This document shows positions 27,285 through 32,485 of a DNA stretch of 32,485 bases, piece after piece. A model generated the notes under the pieces. That model had not been told where the DNA came from and searched no databases. It was given only the letters and a program-made list of their open reading frames with translations. Position numbers and translations under genes: made by a program. The DNA is from Dimargaris cristalligena (Eukaryota), in contig ML002422.1 in NCBI GenBank assembly GCA_003614675.1, positions 1 through 32,485 on the forward strand, written 5' to 3'. Each line of letters starts with the position of its first letter. Position 1 is the stretch's first letter.

Positions 27285-30100
27285 TAGAACCACTCCGTGG
27301 GATGCACCTCTTTACCCAACCATTGAATGTTGGGTACGGGGCGTCCAATTCTCCTCCATGCCCGCGACTAATCAACCCACCATATAGATGTCTGATTTTA
27401 ATAATAACGGTAAACTGATACCGATACAATTAACGGCCATGGCCATGGTTGGATATGCCCATACTGTGAATGAACCTGGGAAACCAAGGTCAATTAGTTG
27501 GGGAATCCATGCGAGGGGCACAGGCCAACGCTGGGATGGTTAGGGTAGCGTGATCATGGCAGCTGCCCATGCCCAGCTTCATATATTTATTTAGGAACTA
27601 ATCTATGTGGAGAAACAACCAAACCGTCCATACTCTCACTTCCCATCGGCGGGTTGGTCAGGCCTCCGATCAGAGCTCTCTCTTTCTCTGCCATGCATGT
27701 CAAACGGGTGTTTCCGGTCTCGCTTGGCCTTGTACCATGAGGTAAAAATATACCCGTTTGTCCATAAGGCTCTCACTCTCTCATTTTCTCTTTATTGCTG
27801 CCCTCTTTTGTTAACCTACTCTACTATTGTGTGCCACAGGGTTTCGGCAATTTCAATGGAATACTTCGGCAGGGTTCCGCTCTCCCCAAGTTAGTCAAAA
27901 AAAAGAGGGTCGTGTGCTTTGGCAGGATTTCGCTTTACTGTTGTGAATATGGCAGAAGTTCATCCAGGCTGTATAACGAATAATCCATTTGATGAGGTAA
28001 ATATTACTGGTCAAAAGTTATTCTCCCATACATATATTGTGTAAAATCTTATACAGTTGGGTTGAAGTTCACCCATATCGACGGGATCAGGGGCATTAAG
28101 GGCCAACGAGGCTAAGAGGCAATGGGGGGGGGGCGCCCCTATTCGATTATTTATAGAAGTCCAGCTCTACTTTCATATACTAGCATCCCTCTCGTTAGAG
28201 AGACCCCTCCACCTCCTTTTTTCCTTTTCGATGGTTTCTTTCGTTGGGTCCACGCTAGGTTATAGTGGAACACGAGCCCAATGACTGGTATATACCCGTC
28301 TTTTTGTATTATTTTATTTATGTATTTAAATTGCATGTACCAATAATGACAGGTTGGGCAGGGAAAGTACTATACGCCAAGACCATCACCCCCAGGGGAG
28401 GCCGTACTAGTGACCCGCTCTTCCCCCTATCGATCCCCTCTCTCGATGGATTTGAAATAGCCTGTGTAAGGAAAAGAGGGCCCTCATTCATAGCGTATCT
28501 TTGCAGGAATAGTAGCGGAGCCACCCTTCAATTTCCCCTCCCTGGGTGTCGCTCCTCACCTACCTCCCTCTCGAAGATACAGCAATGACTGGCCAAGCAT
28601 TCTAAATGATGTGGCTAAACTGCATTCTAATCGCAACATCGCCGCTTATAATGGCCTGTTGCCCAGTAGTTGGACCATGTTGAGGTGCGGAGTAGTGGGT
28701 AGAAGAAGACCTTGGTTAGCCCTCATTACCCCTCCCCGCATCGATGCATAGTCGGAGGAGTAGCGAGTGGGGGAATGTTATAGATGGATAGTTTCCATCG
28801 CGCTCTTTGTATGTGTGGGTATGTGGGTATGGGTGTAGGTTGCTGGGGCCGATGCTGATGTCGGTGTCGGTGTGAATAGATGTGATTAAATGAAGTGTGT
28901 ATATAATATACACCTCACCATGGACGGGTCCGCGGAAATTAGAGTGGTTATCGAATGGTTCGGGCGCTTCATTCAGTTCTACAGGTGTACCTCGTCATTC
29001 TCCCCTGACGTGCGCAGGTCGTGTGCGCCGAACTGTCGTCGGATTTCTTGGCGTACTCCCTCATTGTGCGATGGTTGGGTATTCGAATCCTTCAATTGTA
29101 GTTATCGTCCTCTCTCTCCCCCTTAGATGTCCCCCTTCCTACATTCTCCGAATTCTTGGCACATTTTTAACTCGAACGGTTCGAAGCTGCTTTTTTTATT
29201 TATTTTATTTTTTGAATATTGTTGAAGTCGAACTACTAGACGGCCGCGATGCCGGGCGGTAGGGTAAAGCGGGAGCCACCGGGGGAGTAGACGGGAAAGG
29301 GAGGGGGGAGGTGTATTTGCCTGTTTATGCGTATGTCATTGGCAGTAGGGGGTGGGGAACACTCGGGGTAATTTCCGGTGCCCTTCATTCGATCCTAATT
29401 CGGGCTGGATTGCGTTGAACCTAAGTTGTCCTAGCATCCTCCGCCGAACCCGATAAAAATGATGCATTGATTGATGCTGTCGTGGTCGTCATGCTGGCCG
29501 GTTGGTGGTCGTACATTACGAAGCATGCCCAATGACGCTCGACAGCTCTACCCCCGGCAGTTCCCTCTACGGGCTTGGCAAATGACGTTTATAAATTAAA
29601 CCAAAAAAACAAGCGAGGTATTTTCATGACACTCGATATGCTAGCCTCGTCTAGTAAGCACTTGGGTGCCTGCTGACCCGCTTGGACAGGTCGGGTGGCA
29701 TGGATGATGACGATGTCAGTTTTGGGGAGTGCGGTGGTTTGAATAGGTAGGTGAGTGACCATGTTGTTTTATTTTGCTTCGGCTCCGTTATAATGTTATA
29801 TGTGGTTAGCGGCTGATTTTTTATCCATCCCGTCCAACTATGGTAATCTATAATAATAATGATAATAATAATGGGGTCGTGACCGCGCACCATAGGTAGC
29901 TTGGGCGGTAACGAGAGGGGGGAGGCTTAGCTAAGCGGGATTTGGTAATTATCTGCTATGTATTATTTTATATTTCATATCGCGCAGGAGGGGCAGATAT
30001 ATGTTGGGTGGACCATCCACACACCCGCCTTTGCCACCTGCTGTCCAATGCTATTGTTTTAAAAAAAAAACTCGGTTTCTCTCTATTCATTGTCAACGAA

Positions 30101-30105
<5 letters not shown>

Positions 30106-30133
<28 letters not shown>
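30106..30133. repeat. (GA)14 microsatellite
   Basis: Read directly from the sequence. Confidence 0.95.
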
Positions 30134-30136
<3 letters not shown>

Positions 30137-30733
30137 GGAGGGCAGCCGGTATTATCAGTTGACCATGAAAAAAAATGTACCATCCTTGGCCCCCTCCAAT
30201 GGGTGAAGGCTCGTGGCTGTGGCCCACCCCCTTTTTTACAACCGGTCCCTATGATAGGATAGCAAGGTGGGGGATAAGGGTGAAAATAGAGGTGGGTTTT
30301 TGGCTTGGAAATGTATTATATACTTACTAACTAACTAGTATATATTATGCAAATTTTGAATAAAGCCAGGTGATAAATATTGGGGTGGGGGCGAAGATGT
30401 CACGTTCTTTTCAGCCTCGGTCCTCCCTTTTTTTCTGAGCTAACTAACAACCCTCCCCGCGGAGGGTATACACTTTTCCCCCTACCCTTTTTCTCCACTA
30501 AAACCCCCTCGTTTCTGGAACCCCACCCTGTTTCGTTGTCCCCCTTTCCCATTTGGCTCTCTCTCTCTCATCCATATCACCCCAACCGATACGAGAATGA
30601 GCGGCCTGTGCCCAACCAAAGCATCCACACGCCTGAGTGGTATTCTCATTTGGCATACACTCTCCTCACCCGTCCCATCTTGTGCGCCGGGTGGATGGGT
30701 GTGTATCACAGAGAAGAGGACCATCCGCCCCTC

Positions 30734-30865
30734 TTTCCTCCCTCCTTTTGTATGCGCATATATTTCCTCCCTCCTTTTGTATGCGCATATATTTCCTCCC
30801 TCCTTTTGTATGCGCATATATTTCCTCCCTCCTTTTGTATGCGCATTTATTTCCTCCCCTCTTTT
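30734..30865. repeat. 29-bp tandem repeat (minisatellite), 4 full copies plus a partial fifth
   Basis: Unit TTTCCTCCCTCCTTTTGTATGCGCATATA at 30734, 30763, 30792 and 30821 (copy 4 has one substitution, ending GCGCATTTA), then a partial copy at 30850-30865. Copies are head-to-tail with no spacers. Confidence 0.97.
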
Positions 30866-30960
30866 TAGCAGCATACATCCACCCATCATCATCTCCCCAC
30901 TGTCTCTCTTCCCCGCCTATCGTCTGGCCTGCCCTATGATTCCGGATAGTGCGGTTTTGG

Positions 30961-30968
30961 TATAAAAG
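30961..30968 (+). promoter_or_regulatory. Candidate distal TATA box of the kinase gene
   Basis: Consensus TATAAAAG, followed by a C/T-rich stretch typical of fungal transcription starts and 5'UTRs. It lies about 930 nt upstream of ATG 31890. Confidence 0.5.
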
Positions 30969-30989
30969 TCCGTCGCCCGGCCGCCTCTC

Positions 30990-31889
30990 CTCTTCATTCA
31001 CCAACACCACCTCCTCACACAGCCCCATCTATTTTGCCTCTCTCTTCTCTGCCTTGCGCTCTACCCGCCTGCTGTCCCTGCTTCTCCTCTCTCCCTTGCC
31101 TGATGTACCTTAGACACACAATTCCAGTATAGTCTAATCTACATATACTTTCCCTCTTCTCTCTCTCTCTCTTTCGTCACCCCGATTTGTCGCCTCGTCG
31201 TTACTAGTGTGGCTCAACAACCCTCCCTCTTCCACTCCTCATAAATCTAGCCACGGTCCTCGTTTGGCTCCACTTGTCTCTCCTTCCTTCCTTCCTTCCT
31301 CCCTCCGCCGCTGAGCTACTTCCCTGTTTGCTTGTGTGTGTATGTGATAACGAGTGTGGCGTTTGATATCTTTCTCCCTACTACTACTTCGCTTGCTCTA
31401 CTGCCAACATGCTTTTATAACCGCAGTGTGTACTTACCTATACTCGCCCTTACTATTTAATCTCTCTCCATTCTTGCTGGTCAGGATATAATAATAACAC
31501 AATCCCCGTCTTAGACTCTAGCCTGTGCATACTTTTCGCCCCTTCTCTCTCTCTAAAAAACAGAGGTTGATATAAATACATACGGGCCCGCTTCCCGTAT
31601 CTCTCCTTCCCCCTCCTTCCCCCCACTCTCCTTTCACTTTCTTGCGCGCGACCGGTTGGTTGGGTGTGTCTCGCCCAGGTTTCCGGTTTTAGGTGCTTCC
31701 CTATTACCCTCCCTCCCCCTTCCTAACTGTTACTGCCCGGTTTCGGCCAGCACTGCCAGTTTTCCCCCTCCCCATTATCTCCCCTCGGTTTATTTAACTG
31801 GTTTACTCGCCTGCTTCCTACCCTTGGGTCTCCCTCTTTTTCTCTACTTAGCCACTTCCTTCTTCCCCCCCTTCAAGGCTCTCTTCATC
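30990..31889 (+). other. Probable long pyrimidine-rich 5' leader / proximal promoter of the kinase
   Basis: Strong C/T bias on the + strand, including (CT)n and (CCTT)n at 31281-31300. It contains only three ATGs (31103, 31342, 31409), each opening a very short uORF. Confidence 0.5.
31571..31578 (+). promoter_or_regulatory. Candidate proximal TATA box
   Basis: TATAAATA followed by a pyrimidine-rich tract (about 31590-31645). No ATG occurs between it and 31890. Confidence 0.35.
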
Positions 31890-32485
31890 ATGACTACGAT
31901 ACAGGCCCCCGCCCGTATTCCCTACCCCCTGAAGATTCCTCACCGCTCTTCTTCTTCTGCTACCCCTTCTCAACCCACTTCTATCCGTAGTGCCGGTGTG
32001 CCCGTGCACTCGAGTAAGAGTCACTCGTCCAACTCGAGCACTGATACTATTGTGGCCACTCCCCCTGCCACTGCTACCCCCGTGTCCGTGCCTTTATCCG
32101 CCGGTCCCGAACCCCACAAGAAGTTCGGTTTCGCTGCCGTGGCCAGTCGTTTGACTTCGCCCGCCGGCCCCCGCCACCGTCGCACCATGTCCCAAGAATC
32201 TTTCTCTTCCCAGTCCTCCTACGAGGCCGGGGCTTCCCACACCCCCCCGACCGTGCCGCAGTCCGCCACCCCGTCGGGTGAGGAAAAGAAGTCCTCCAGC
32301 TTCAAGGAACGCTTCTCCATGGCCAAGCTGACCCGTAAAACTTCCGTGACCTCGTCGACCAAGTCGTGCAACGACTCCGCGAGTCTCCAGAAGAAGTACG
32401 GTGTCTGTGAAAAGGGCTGCATCGGTAAGGGTGCCACCGCCGTGGTCCGCCTGGTCCACCACCTGGACCGCGCTACCCTATAGGC
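31890..32485 (+). CDS. SAT4: HAL/Npr1-family Ser/Thr protein kinase (Sat4/Hal4-like), 5' part only; in-frame TAG at 32481-32483 just before the window edge
   Basis: The first in-frame ATG is at 31890 (TTCATCATG, A at -3). Codons show a strong C-ending bias that is absent from the rest of the window. The 197 codons comprise a Ser/Pro/Thr-rich disordered N-terminus with basophilic phospho-motifs (RHRRTMS, RKTS), then SLQKKYGVCEKGCIGKGATAVVRLVHH. This matches the KYG...GxG...VVR.H start of the HAL-family kinase domain (G-loop 32424-32447). The Sat4/Hal4 subfamily call rests on motif resemblance only, and most of the catalytic domain lies outside the window. Confidence 0.85.

Noticed and set aside
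29751..30338. GTGAGT donor plus TACTAAC...TAG acceptor as an upstream non-coding intron
   Set aside because: These short motifs are expected by chance, lie upstream of the best TATA box, and have no exon evidence.
30734..30865. 29-bp repeats with an internal palindrome as a CRISPR array
   Set aside because: The repeats are head-to-tail with no unique spacers, there are no cas genes, and the context is eukaryotic.
30380..31028. Several overlapping 100-162 aa ORFs on both strands
   Set aside because: They arise from the stop-free 29-bp repeat and pyrimidine-rich DNA, and the translations are repetitive in all frames.
31656..31889. ORF-track start at TTG 31656 for the kinase
   Set aside because: This is a non-ATG start in CT-rich leader-like sequence. 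Coding-type codon bias begins at ATG 31890.
32094..32462. Minus-strand ORFs of 122 and 72 aa
   Set aside because: They are antisense shadows of the codon-biased kinase CDS.

Overview
This is eukaryotic, fungal-looking genomic DNA with many microsatellites and long polypurine/polypyrimidine tracts. The taxon is an inference, and an early-diverging fungus is plausible. About 31.9 kb (1-31889) contains no protein, tRNA, rRNA, transposon ORF or CRISPR array that I can recognise, and the short ORFs there read as non-coding noise. The only supportable gene is at the right end: the 5' part of a + strand HAL/Npr1-family (Sat4/Hal4-like) Ser/Thr protein kinase starting at ATG 31890. It has a Ser/Pro/Thr-rich N-terminal tail followed by kinase subdomain I (KKYGVCEKGCIGKGATAVVRL). 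The most notable feature is an in-frame TAG at 32481-32483, sitting where the aromatic residue of the Y-A-x-K motif of subdomain II should be, two bases before the window edge. Upstream of the kinase is a complex candidate control region: a 29-bp x4 tandem repeat with a TATGCGCATA palindrome, two TATA boxes, three tiny uORFs and candidate 5'UTR splice signals. I cannot demonstrate a novel multi-gene system. The best leads are the stop codon inside the kinase and the very long gene-free upstream region.
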